A stretch of DNA of 64,000 nt from Eledone cirrhosa (taxonomy: Eukaryota): NCBI GenBank assembly GCA_964016885.1, contig OZ024747.1:32488001-32552000 (forward strand), given 5' to 3'. Every line of letters begins with the position of its first letter. Positions within the stretch are counted from its first letter, which is position 1. The translations under genes were made by a program, and so were the position numbers. This document shows, one piece after another, positions 40,249-52,478 of this stretch. The notes under the pieces were generated by a model. It ran no database searches. It saw only the letters and a program-made list of their open reading frames with translations, and had not been told where the DNA came from.

Positions 40249-41484
40249 TGTTACTTTTTTCGAAATATTTACTCCTGCGTTCACAGATTGATTTTTTTTA
40301 GTTTCAGAAGATCCCGTTAAAGGTGAAAGCACCGATTCTTTCCTTAAACTTTAATATGTTATTTTAATATATACTAGCAGATGGCCCAGCGTTGCTCGGG
40401 ATTCTAAACATAGATTGGCATGTTTATCCCTCCTTTCTGAAACAGTTTCGTCGTATGTTCATCAACTGATGCAGAAGTCCTAATAAAAAGTGAAGTCGCC
40501 TTGGGTGAATAGGCAAATAATTTTCCATTAAGATTCATCAAAAGTATGTAATTGCGTTCCCTCTCTTTTTTGTTGTTGTTTTTGCTGCTGTTGGTGTGAT
40601 AGCAGCCGTTGGTCATACTACTAACACAGTCTCGTCCTTCTTCAGCCAATCGTGTATATCTCCTTCTGCCTCGTCAGCAATGAGAACAATATTTACTCTA
40701 GGGTTCTTATATATTTGATATATATTTATCCTTATCGAGCCTCGTGAAATAAATACGTTTGTTTATATTTTGTTATTGTGTATGCAAAAATATCTGTACA
40801 CGAATATATAATTATATATATATATATTTATTAAAATAACAGATTAAATTTTGAGCGAAGAATCGCTGCTTTCACCCTTAACGGGATCTTCTGAAACTAA
40901 AAAAATCAATCTGTGAACGCAGAGGTAAATATTTCGAAAAACGTTACACACTATATATACATACACACACACACACACACACAGATAGTGTCATAATGCC
41001 GCAATGCAGACAGCCAGACATACAAACAGATATTATAAGGGCGCGAAGTTATAGCTATCTAATGTGGTCCCTAGGGCATTGAATTACATGTGTAAAGTTT
41101 GAAAAAAATCGGTTGGGTGGTTCTTGAGTTTTAGGGAGTCAGGCAGACAGACAGACATTCTCTGATTTAGATATAAAGATATATATATAATTATATATTC
41201 GTGTACAGATATTTTTGTATACACAATACCAAAATATAAAGAAACGTATTTATTTCACGAGGCTCGACAGATGCAAAAACAACAACAAAAAAGAGAGGGA
41301 AGGCAATTACATGCTTTTGAAAAATCTTAATGGAAAATTATTTGCCTATTGACCCAAGGCGACTTCACTTTTTATTAGGACGTCTGCATAAATTGTTGAA
41401 CATATGACGAAACTGTTCAGAAGCGAGGGATAAACATGCCAATCCATGTATAAAATCCCGAGCAACACCGGGTTATTCTGCTAG
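39477..41484 (+). mobile_element. Non-autonomous Helitron (outer copy) with an internal duplication, interrupted by a nested copy
   Basis: 5' A|TCTATATATCTAAA with (GTCT)n; 3' hairpin cccgagcaacaccggg then CTAG|T at 41481-41485; 39650-40050 is repeated at 40116-40373 plus 41180-41260. Confidence 0.88.
40374..41179 (-). mobile_element. Complete 806-bp non-autonomous Helitron (inner copy)
   Basis: Minus strand A|TCTTTATATCTAAATCAGAGAATGTCTGTC ... cccgagcaacgctggg-ccatctg-CTAG|T; removing it restores the outer copy. Confidence 0.9.
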
Positions 41485-42404
41485 TAATAAGTAAATTCGC
41501 TTGCCTCTTGATGTATGTGGTCCAAGATGTATTACCTGCTCGTGTTTTTTCTTTTGTTTTTACTTTTTATTTCTTTTCCTATCCTGTTCTTTTTCTGCCT
41601 TACTTTTCTACCTTAATTTTTCTTTCTTTTCTTCACGTCTAAATATTTGTTGTATAGAAATAAAACAAAAGTTAAATGAAATGAAAAACAATGATAATAT
41701 CCAACGCTACATGTTCAAAAACATAACTAAATATTTCTTATTATATTCATAAGTTATCAATAAAATATCATCATTATTACTTTTCAATGTATATGCTACT
41801 TACAGAATGAAAATATAGACACAAATAATATATACCATTAATTATTGCTAAGAACCTTATAAATATAATTGTTTCTACTATTGGCACAAGGCCAAGGAAC
41901 CTTATAAATATAATGCACAGAAATATAAGATGAAAACGAAAGAAAAAAAAACGTTTTATTGTTGCAAAAACTTTGTGTCCCTTACTTTCTCAAATTAAAT
42001 ATACTAATTAATATTTTATTTTTTGTTGTATTTCTCACCCCTGCAAGCCTTTTGTCAACTTCATAATTTCTTAGCAATCTGGAAATACAAGATTAATAGT
42101 AAGTTGTCTCATTGTCATCATTCAATTTGTTTGTCAAGAATTAGCCCCAAGAATATATATATAAATAGTTAGTCGAGCCAACGAATGATTCTACAGAAGT
42201 GGTTTCAAAACGTATATTGTCTAGGTATTCAGCAAGTATATCATACCAGTAAATTGCCAATGGAACCTTTCTACATTTAGCCTTTAACCAAGTAAATACA
42301 GTACCAGAAATCCTGTTGGATTGTATTTAATTCTGAATGTACTCAATAATTATCGTGAGAGTGCCTATTTGTTTCAGCACCTTAGCCTCGCCACCCCCTG
42401 CAGT

Positions 42405-42497
42405 AATGCTACGAGCATACTCGTTACTCGAAACAATATTCGTGAGCCAAGACGCTTTTGTTGAAGAAAATTGTTCGTGAACCGAGGTTCCACTGTA
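42405..42497. mobile_element. Single Tc1/pogo-type terminus
   Basis: Reverse complement TA-CAGTGGAACCTCGGTTCACGAAC; partner TIR not found. Confidence 0.5.
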
Positions 42498-42599
42498 TGT
42501 ATTTCTGCTTGATATAAATGTAATTTTTTTTCAAATCATCGTTGTTTTTCAAATTTGAAAAGTACTGCAGCATTCTACGATTGCAGACGATATATTTAT

Positions 42600-43720
42600 A
42601 TATATATCAATACGGATTTTCACTTCCATATCTAATTTTGATTCTTGAAAGAAGTCACATGGAATTAGGAGATATTGCAAAGTATTTGGTTTCACAGCTG
42701 AGATCCAGTTTTGCAATTTACGTGATAACAATATCATTTTTATCTTCGGCTTGAAAAATATTCACTTCTTTCACTTGCAAAGATAAACATGATTCATTGA
42801 ATTTTGTAAAATAAAAACGGCTATGTATGCATTTCGTGATAGCCATGGCGTATTTGGCAATCTGTAGGATTATCGAAATTTATGATCAATAAAATATGCC
42901 AATAGTTATTTCTGCGACTCAAACATTCTCAAGAATATTACCTAACGATAGCCATCTAACTCATGTATGCTAAAGTGTTGTGAATACTACTAACCTTATC
43001 TTCACATATCGCTTAAAAAATACGCGATTGCAATAGCCAAAAAATTAATAAACCAATCAACAACAGTTTCGTCCAAAACTCAATTTGAATGTAACTGGAA
43101 ATGTTTGTTTATTTGTTACAAAAGCATATCCGTGGAAAATGTATTGCTTGCTGTTACAGTTCATAAAAAAAAAAAATTTTTGATTCATGTTCCAGCACCA
43201 ACTATTTTTCATATCGTTGTTTTTGCTCTACCACTGCATCCATCAATAAATGCATCTTAATTTATGTCGTGCATTTTCATATTATCAAAGCAATTAAATA
43301 TGTTATTAACCACAGTATGCATTTCCAAACCTTCACATAAAAGCAAAGTAAATCTTCAATTTCTTTTTCCTTACGTCATAAAAAAAAACATGAAATCTAA
43401 ATTGCTAGTCCTAGCAACTAGTTGTAATGCATGTCACAAGCATACATGTAATCGTGAAATAATTGCTGCTTTGATGTAATCGGTTATATCGTTATTGCAG
43501 TAGAGTTAAAAAGAGGTACAGCTTTTTTAAAAACAGAATCTCTATGAAAACACACGAGATATCTTTTGTGCAATATTTAATAAGTGATTCACCAGAGAGC
43601 AATGCAATAACATGCCTTACAAGATGTTTCTGTCGTATTTTCGCAATCTGTTTAATGTTTTTGAAATATGAAACATTCAGGATTATGAATTTCGATTTTC
43701 TCTTTCAAGCTATATAAAAA
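42600..43720 (-). pseudogene. Decayed hAT transposase
   Basis: Minus strand VRWLSLGNILE at about 42930-42962 and HVCL*HALQLVA (CxxH motif) at about 43415-43450. Confidence 0.6.
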
Positions 43721-44559
43721 AAATTAAATATCTTTCAGTCGTGATTTTGCTGGCTCCAAAGAATTGTTTATGGTAACTGGTTTTAGTCATTAGATTGCGA
43801 TCATGCTGAGGCACCACCTGTTTGCAAATAGTTTGTTACAAAGTAAACAAAGAGCAACAGGGACGTCATTGCCAGCAATATCACTTTTTACTGTTTAGTC
43901 AGGGAAGATAGGCAGTGCTCAGGATGCATTTTCTGAGACTCCTAGCAGGGCTAGATTTACCAGGGGGAAGGGGTAAATACTCTGGGCACTCCTTGTAAAA
44001 CAGAGCCTCACCGGGCCCCACGATCTATCTAAATATGACCCTGGCTCCGAGACTGGTATGAGGGAGAGAGTTATCATAAGACCACAGACCTGGCGTACAA
44101 TGAAGAGGGCTCTACTAAAAGCACCCAAGGGGCACGTAATAGAATAAAATGAGGCAACAGAATGAGTCTACCACTGTAGTAGATTGCAGCGGAATTTGAA
44201 ATAAAACAATAATGAGCATCGAATAAATATCACATATCATCTCGTCCGATACTCTTACAATTCTCCCTAACCACTGCTCTGGGCTCGTATTTTATTTATT
44301 AACCCCTTAGGGATGAAAAATACATTTACCCTCGGTGGGATTTGAACATAGAATGCAGAGAGCCAAACGACAAATAAATTAGTATCATATTTACAAATGT
44401 TCATTGATATCTGCACAAAATCGGAAGTATTTTTTTTTAATGGTCAATAGAAACATGATGTGACTTTAATAAAAGTTATTTTTATATGGAATATATCATG
44501 TAAATACTGTTTAATAGACAAAGAAAAAAAAGAAAATTTAGATTGAGAAGAAAGATGTA

Positions 44560-44790
44560 AATTAATAAAATATAAAGAAAAAAGACGGAAAAGGAAAGGA
44601 ATGGCAAGGACTCTAGAGTCACAATAGAACGAGGAGGAGGAGAGTGATTGGGCTCTGGGCCTAGGGCGTGGTGGTAATGGGACTGTCCCCCGCGGACAAT
44701 GGCCAGCGACACTCAGTGCCACGGCCAGCCCACCTCGCAGGCTCAGACGGGCCACCGACGTTCCGATCTTGCGGAGGATCTCGACAGTAT
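44560..44790 (-). pseudogene. Possible CRE-like non-LTR retrotransposon 3' end
   Basis: GC-rich patch; minus strand EILRKIGTSVAR, then after a frameshift CEVGWPWH*VSLAIVRG, resembling the R[LV]SLAI.RGN terminus. Confidence 0.35.
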
Positions 44791-44972
44791 TGGTTGTTGA
44801 TTCATTTTACGAATTAATCGAAAAAGAAGCTGGCCTCACAAATTAACAGTGGGAAGTTCTAATGCCCTTTGTTGTGTCGAGTGAGGGTCTGCGCTCCCTT
44901 TTCTTTTATTATCCCCATCCTCCAAATTTTTCGTTTTTCCTTTTTAGTACTGTGCGTGCGTGGAAGAAATTT

Positions 44973-45060
<88 letters not shown>

Positions 45061-46473
45061 CAAAGAGGATCGTCAAATACATAAATCCGAACGTAGATAT
45101 ACCTAGAACAAACGTTAAGTAATTATTGATTGTCCCTACATGTAATTAATACACTCTGAAAACAAAGCCAACAATAAACAAAACGCCTAGTGGATAAGAG
45201 TATCGAATTCCAAACTCGTAACTAATACAGTCATTAAAATAAAGCCAATTATGAACTAAATTTCTACACCAGAACCAAGACATCCTGCATAATCCATACC
45301 TCTGACATCATAATATATATATATTACATATCTTATTTGACCAAAGTTAACTATTTAGGTCACACAACATACGGTTTGTACCCCACTAACCCACCCATTC
45401 CCTAGATTATCACATCCGTAGAGATGTATGTATTCAGTTAATGGCGGCACTTCACGTCCTCCTAACATTATCTTTAGAATGGTGAATAATATTTCCAAAA
45501 AGTTTAATTGGTTTTATTGAAAGACACGCCATTTCAGAGACCCAAGTCTGGAAACAAAATCACTACATGGTCACTCATATCGTTAAAACAGCAGCCGTGT
45601 TCCCCATGGATCACGTCTCATCACTTGAATAAAGTTATGAAATAGTTGACAATATATTCCCTGTAGATATACAAAATAAAACGATATGGTAGAAGCTAAA
45701 ATATCTTACTATCAGAGCAGATATTGGGCTTAGCACATATATTTACGCCTAAGTATTTTAATACGAATTACATTTGATCTGATATTAACTGTTACACAAG
45801 GATGATATTTATTATTAGGCATAACTTTAAGGTCAACTTTGCCTTTCCTCCATACGTGGTCGATAAATTAAAGTACCAGTAACCCTCTGTGGCCGATTTA
45901 GTCGACATTCCCCTCCTAATACTTTTAATAATGAATAATTTTGAGCTAAACGTAAACAAGAAAATATTTTGATCGTGCTTTCAAATTTCATGTTGATAAT
46001 GAATAATGTCAATTAGGAAAACTTCATAAATACTTTTATGGGAACGTAAACGTCATTTCAAAAATTATGAATTACAAAATAGTTTAAAACATAGTTGCAA
46101 TTCCCACATACGAACACATAAGGGAAACAACATTGATTGGAGCACTAAAGAATATTTACGACCAATGTCATTTTTATTAAATATATTCGGGGTTAATTTA
46201 GTAAATATTTATTGCTACACGTCACGTAAACTCTTATAGTGTCCCTCCACGACACGTGTAACTGAAAAAAAAAACGAATAATTTTTTAAGTTTTGACGGT
46301 CATATTCGTTCAAAACATTAAAAACTATAGAGAAAACATAAATTTCCGCCCCTAATTGTGACAGGTGTAATAGTAAAAATTTACCGTTAATTTATCACAT
46401 GCTGAAATTGTTGAGATAAATAACATTACATATTGATTTATGCCAGCTCCATTTCTACATATCGAAAATAGCC

Positions 46474-46850
46474 ATTTTCCTGATGAAATCAGAGTTTTGT
46501 CCTCTTTTCTACTTATCAACACTTGTCTTAGCTAGGTTCACTCTCAGTCCTCTTGATTGCAACTGGTGTTTCCATAGCCTGAATTTATTCTCTAGCTCCT
46601 CTACTGATTCTGCTATAGGTACCAGATCGTCAGTATAGAGAAGTTCCCATGGACAGCCAGTCTTAAACTCCTCTGTTATGGATTGGAGGACTATAATGAA
46701 CAAGAGAAGACTGAGGACCGAACCCTGATACATTCCTACTTGTATCTGGAATTCCTCACAAAACTCCATTCCTACTCTCACTTTACTGACTGCACTTCTG
46801 TACACTGTCCTCACAAGACATTCCTCTACACCTAGTTTCCTTAGGGAATG
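46474..46850 (-). pseudogene. RTE LINE RT fragment, same family as 33715-35822
   Basis: [30 protein letters not shown]; colinear with 34540-34908. Confidence 0.92.
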
Positions 46851-46908
46851 TATATATATACATATATATATATGTGTGTGTGTATATATGTGTGTGTATA
46901 TATATATA

Positions 46909-46974
<66 letters not shown>

Positions 46975-47130
46975 AAAACATAAACGGAGTAAGCTATTAG
47001 CGATACTCCGACCGATTTCCAACTCACTCAACAAACATTGGGAAATACCGGAGTATATTCCTAATTTAACGTTTGGAGTGCAAACTATATTGTATTGTGT
47101 GGATAATTGGCTGCATTATTTTATATGAGA

Positions 47131-49505
47131 CTAGCAGTTTAGCCTGGCGTTGCTCGGGTTTGTTCATTTGCTATGAAAAGTTACATACAGGTAAACGTGG
47201 CTTGAAAGCGAATAAGCGGATAAGCGAATAAGTGCCTAAAGCAGTTGAACCGGTTATTAAATGTTACGAACCAATTAGCATTTTCGACAATCAATGATGG
47301 GTTAATAATCTTCCAATAGCGAATTTAGTAGACCAAAGTTGCAAGATGGTGGCCGTGATGCCGCTGGGTGTCAGATTGTCCGCCATGGGTGACCCTACCA
47401 GGAAACAGTTTTCCAGACGGCATAGCTCCAACACCTCCAACACCTGCACCAACATCTATAGCACCTCTTTGTAGACGATATTGCGTGTCATCCCTTGAGG
47501 AGTGTAAGCAAAAATTCAATTCCTGCTCCCTACGCCTGAACAGGCAACATAAAGTTGGCCATGGGAGAAGCATGGCTCCCCCAAATGGATGCCCGCCACC
47601 GACAATGTTTGCCCTTGTGACTTATTAATGGACATGGTAAAACATGGTCTCACCGGGAAATGGGATCGCCGGAAATCGAACGGGATATCTGACACCGAGG
47701 GGAAAAGGTTCATCCTTGGAATGAAAACAATCTCCCCTCTCCCGCACCCGTTACAATGGTGGCCTCAATCAAGTGTGGCGTCAGCGACTTGACGACCATG
47801 CAAGTACCGTTGGACTGCTTTGGTAGATGCAAGTTCCTTATTAGCATAATGGGACAGCCAAATCTAAGTTTAAGAATGTGAGGTGGGAGCCCTGGGGGCT
47901 CAAGGGAATTTAATAACTCAACCGGATAATTAACGATATCGTCGGGTTCTTACGTCTGGTCGATAGATTTGAAGATGTGCTCTTTACCGGGAATCTTCTC
48001 AATCAGCTGCTCGTTAATAAAAGTAACCATGGTATTTTTCGGAGCAAGGATGGCCCTTTCGCTGAGCCGATCGAGGTTTTTAAAGTTAGATGAGACATTA
48101 GGAAAAACTGCTTCCCAAAGGTCAGAAGGGCTGCTCACAATGTTGCACAGGGAGTCGATTGCTATGCCGCCCTTGTCATCCGCAGGGACCTTGCCCTCAC
48201 CAAGTGCTAAAATGTTCTGAGCAAATACTGCTGACATGTTGTCACCAAGCAAATGAGCACGCATATTTGTGCTCAGGTACAAACTCTGCACCTGGAGCCA
48301 CAACATGGACGACTTAAGGCAGGCATGCACTTCATCAGCTCTTGTCCCTTTGGGGATGACAGACAGCGTTTGCCTAAAATCCCCTGATAGCAGAAGGGTT
48401 ACGCCACCCATAGGAGCCGTAGAATCCCTAATGTCTTTCAGGATCATGTCCAATGCCTCAAGGGCACCCTTGTGTGCCATTGTACACTCATCCCAAACAA
48501 TGAGGCAACATTTTTTGAGAACCAGAGCTTCGTGTGAACTCTTGCTGATATTGCATGTTGGTGTCTCAGTTTTTGTCGCCACCAGTCTGAGTCTCGTCAA
48601 CAAATTTTTTCGGGTATCCCTTACTGCACGACCCCCTTTCAGACACGTGTGATGCTGATTAGGACCTGACGCACACGGACCATGTTAGCTTTGACGATGT
48701 CATGTAATTCCTGGTCAGTTGCTGGGTTAGGGATTTCACTCGAAATGAAGCTGTCTATGGCATTTGAACCAATTCAAATGCCATAGACAGCTTCATTTAT
48801 CAGCTAACCAAATCAAAATGTGAGCATGGGGCAGCCCTCGTTTTTGCCATTCGATGGTGAACATGTCACATTTTACAGCCCCAAATACCTGACCCTTTTT
48901 GAATAAAGCCATAAGTTTAGCCAGTTTCAGTCTGAACACTCTGGCAATGAGGTCATGTCTGTCCGAATAATTTTTCCCAGGAAAAAGTTCACGGGTTACA
49001 TTCCGATTCATCTGTCTATAACATTAATCTGTTATATGAAGTGTTATTTTGCGGGTTGTTATTTGCAATAAGCGGATTGAAAATGCCCCAGGTAAGCCGT
49101 ATGTCAATACGGAACGCTCAATATGAAACGTTCAATACGGAACGCTCCACTGTAGTGTTGTCATATAGGGAGTGAAGAGCGACAGAGAGAGTAAAGCAGT
49201 TAAATTATAGAGAGAGGGAATATACAGAACGCTCCATTTGATCATACACAGTTTCTCCCTCTTCAGTGTTGTCATATAGGGAGTGAAGAGTGACAGAGAG
49301 AGTAAAGCAGTTAAATTATAGAGAGGGGAATGATCATGATCGATTTTTGCCCTTATTGTTGAGGAATTTGAAATTGTTTTGCTTCATGACCTTTTCCTGA
49401 CTAGAGGCAATAATTGTCCCGACTTTGAATAGAATCCGTTGGAAATTGTGGACGTGCATCCGTTACAAACCTTAACACATACATCCTCATATTTATATAT
49501 ATAGA
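47131..49505 (-). mobile_element. Internally deleted Helitron with Rep (HUH) and Pif1-like helicase remnants
   Basis: 5' A|TCTATATATATAAAT at 49505; 3' cccgagcaacgccagg...CTAG|T at 47131. Rep EWQKRGLPHAHIL (48793-49011). Helicase LIVWDECTM, LLSGDFRQTL, AILAPKN (47950-48560) and MSINKSQGQTL, FSHGQLYVA (47516-47713). Confidence 0.95.
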
Positions 49506-49524
49506 TATATTAAATAACTCATTT

Positions 49525-49647
49525 CCCAAACGAATCGTTTCATTATAAGATTTCTACATGGTGGGTGAAATTATACCAAGTTATGTAGAAGCTTGTGTAA
49601 GATCAATGCATTATTATGCAAGTCGGCTCTTATAAATCTTCAGTGGG
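49525..49647 (-). ncRNA. Type I hammerhead with enlarged branched stem II
   Basis: CCCA CTGAAGA tTTATAAGA...TCTTATAAt GAAA CGATTCG TT TGGG; homologous to 60161-60282. Confidence 0.72.
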
Positions 49648-49891
49648 TGCCCAATAATATTAATATTAATAACTAAATCAACATCAATGTTTAGCGATAA
49701 TCACCATCAGTGCTAGAAGGAACTGTTAGGTTGTAAGTCCAGCAGTTCTAAAGAAAATCTCACACTGTCCTGAGAATGGGAGTAGGAGGCTACCACTAAA
49801 AATATAATATACACGCAGGTCATTGAACTCTGATATATATACATATATATATATGCATATGTATATATGCATATGTATATATATATATATG

Positions 49892-50564
49892 TAAAATTGA
49901 GATAATTGGAGAAAGTAAAATTCAAACAATTTCTTAAAATAAATTAAAAAATATAATTTAAATATTTACCTAATCCATTTGCTTTTACCGACGGTTTCAC
50001 CTTACAAAATATTGGAGATCCTAGGGATCTCCAATGTAAATGTTCGGATAATCAGAGAGCATTTTCCTTTCCTAGGACAGAAGTCCCAAGAACGGCAAAA
50101 TATATTGCCACCTGCCAGCTAGCACAGGATCTAATGAGGCCGTAAACTTGACCTATGCATGAACCAGCCCTTAGTAGAAGCAGGAAGTAAACATAGACGT
50201 GTTGTCTATCACGCCACGTTTTATTTAGCTGCTATTTTTAGTGGCGTGATAGACAACACGTCTATGTTTACTTCCTGCTTCTACTAAGGGCTGGTTCATG
50301 CATAGGTCAAGTTTACGGCCTCATTCGATCTTGAGCTAGCTGGCAGGTGGCAATATATTTTGCTGTTCTTGGGACTACTCCCATGAAAGGTAAATGCTCT
50401 CTGATGATCCGAACATTTCCATTGGAGATCACTAGGATCTCCAATCTTTTGTAAAGTGAAACCGTCGGTAAAAGCAAATGGATTAGGTAAATATTTAAAT
50501 TATATTTTTAAATTTATTTTAAGAAATTGTTTGAATTTTAGTTGCTCCGCTTATCTCAATTTTA
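49892..50564. repeat. Palindrome with about 325-bp arms (49892-50217 / 50241-50564) and a 23-bp loop; each arm carries an HHR-like motif
   Basis: Direct reverse-complement match; innermost 85 bp perfect. Confidence 0.97.
50395..50476 (+). ncRNA. Hammerhead ribozyme motif in right palindrome arm
   Basis: TGCTCT CTGATGA ...ATTGGAGATC-acta-gGATCTCCAAT... GAAA CCGTCGG TA AAAGCA. Stem I has one mismatch; the left-arm copy has the mutated core CTGATTA. Confidence 0.6.
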
Positions 50565-50700
50565 TAGTTCTGGTATGTGAAATTAATACCATGGAACAAC
50601 CACTGTATCATAGACACCCTATATATTTCCAGGGGTACTTAGTACCTGTGGGGATATTAATCTCTTTTTATGTATATATATATATGTATATATTTATATG

Positions 50701-50773
<73 letters not shown>

Positions 50774-50939
50774 ATAATAATAAATTTGAAGACTAAAATC
50801 CAAAGAGGGCTCGATAAGGATAAATATATATCAAATATATAAGAACCGTAGAACAAATATTTATTAAAATAATAGATATATATATATAAAATAAACTAAA
50901 ATAAATAAGTCAAATATTTAAAATTTGGCTTCGTTTATT

Positions 50940-50994
50940 ACTGCTATATATATTTCGGTGACAGCCACCTTTGGCTGTGACCTCTTCAGGCAGT
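50940..50994 (-). ncRNA. Type I hammerhead ribozyme in 3' pseudo-LTR
   Basis: ACTGC CTGAAGA GGTcACAGCCA-aagg-TGGCTGTcACC GAAA TATATATA GCAGT. Confidence 0.88.
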
Positions 50995-52478
50995 CCGAAT
51001 TAGTGTGGTAGAGATGAGTACACATGTTGTTGAGGTGTTTAACGTTGTCAATACCCTGATATGCCCAGTTCCTGGTTGGGTTGTTATTTTACTGAGGAAC
51101 TGGAATCATATGAATTTAAACAAACGAATTTCAGCGCCAGAGGACATCCTCTCCTCTCATTGGTCAGTTGTGAGAACATTCCTCAGTCGAAAGTCTATAG
51201 AAATTCGTTCTGAGGCGAGGCAATCTGTAGTGGTTGTTCTTGTTATTGTTAAGTACATCTGACCTCTACTCTTATGTTGGTAGTGATGTTGGTGTTGGAG
51301 TCAGCTAAAAAAATGATAAAATTATAAAAATGATAAAATGGTAGAAGGAATAATATGGTAAGAGAATAAAATAAGATAATCAAATAAAATGTGTGTGTTA
51401 TAACCAATCTCAAAGTTAGAAAGATTTGTAAGATCCACGCCTCCCATTGGCCAGTTGTGAGAGCATTCCTCAGTCAACAGTCTATAGAAATTCTTTCTGG
51501 GGTGAGGCTATCTTTAGTGTTTGTTTTTGCTATTGTTAAGTACATCTGGCCTCTACCCTTATTTTGGTAGTGGTGTTGGTGCTGCCGTCAGCCTAGGTCT
51601 TGCTGCTGCTGATTTTAGAAGTATCTGTGTGTGTTTGCATCCATCCTGTCCCCATTTCTCGTGGTGGTGGTGGTGGTGGGGGGTGACAATCATATAAAGA
51701 AATAAAGGCAATAAAGTGAAGAAAATAGAAAATGAAAATAAGATAATATAAGCAAATAATTAAACAAAAAATGATAAAATGGTAGATGGAATAATATGGT
51801 AAGAGAATAAAATAAGATAATCAAATAAAATGTGTGTGTGTGTTATAACCAATCTCAAAGTTAGAAAGATTTGTAAGATCCACTCCTCCCATTGGTCAGT
51901 TGTGAGAGCATTCCTCAGTCAAAAGTCTATAGAAATTCTTTCTGGGGGGAGGCTATCTGTAGTGTTTGTTTTTTCTATTGTTAAGTATATCTGACCTCTA
52001 CCCTTACTTTGGTAGTGGTGTTGGTGTTGCGGTCAGCCTACGTCTTGCTGCTGGTGATTTTAGAAGTATCTGTGTTTGGTTGCATCCATCCTACCACCAT
52101 ATCTCGTGGTAGTGTGGGGAGGGGAGATGCATATGAGGAAATAAAAGGCAATAAAATGAAGAAAATAGAAAATAAATGAAAATTAAGAAAATGAAGATTC
52201 AAATAAAATAAAATAAAATGTGTGTGTGTTATAACCAATCTCAAAGTTATAAAGATGTTGGCCCAATTAGAAAGGCTGTGTCAGAATCAATCTCCAGGCT
52301 ATCATGGTGTCTTCTCAGCCTGGATGGGTCCCTATGGTTTGAGGGGGGTTCCCAACCTATGGTGTTGTTACTGCCCATATAGCTTGAGGGAGGTCCGGCC
52401 AAGAGGTGTCTACATGTTCTGGAGAAGTCCCTATAGCTTGAGGGGAGTTCACATCTCAGTGTGTTGTTACTGTTCATA

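Noticed and set aside
45510-45635. Minus-strand GTGATGA...GAAA...GTC hammerhead-like pattern
   Set aside because: The core C3 is mutated and stem I is imperfect; not supportable.
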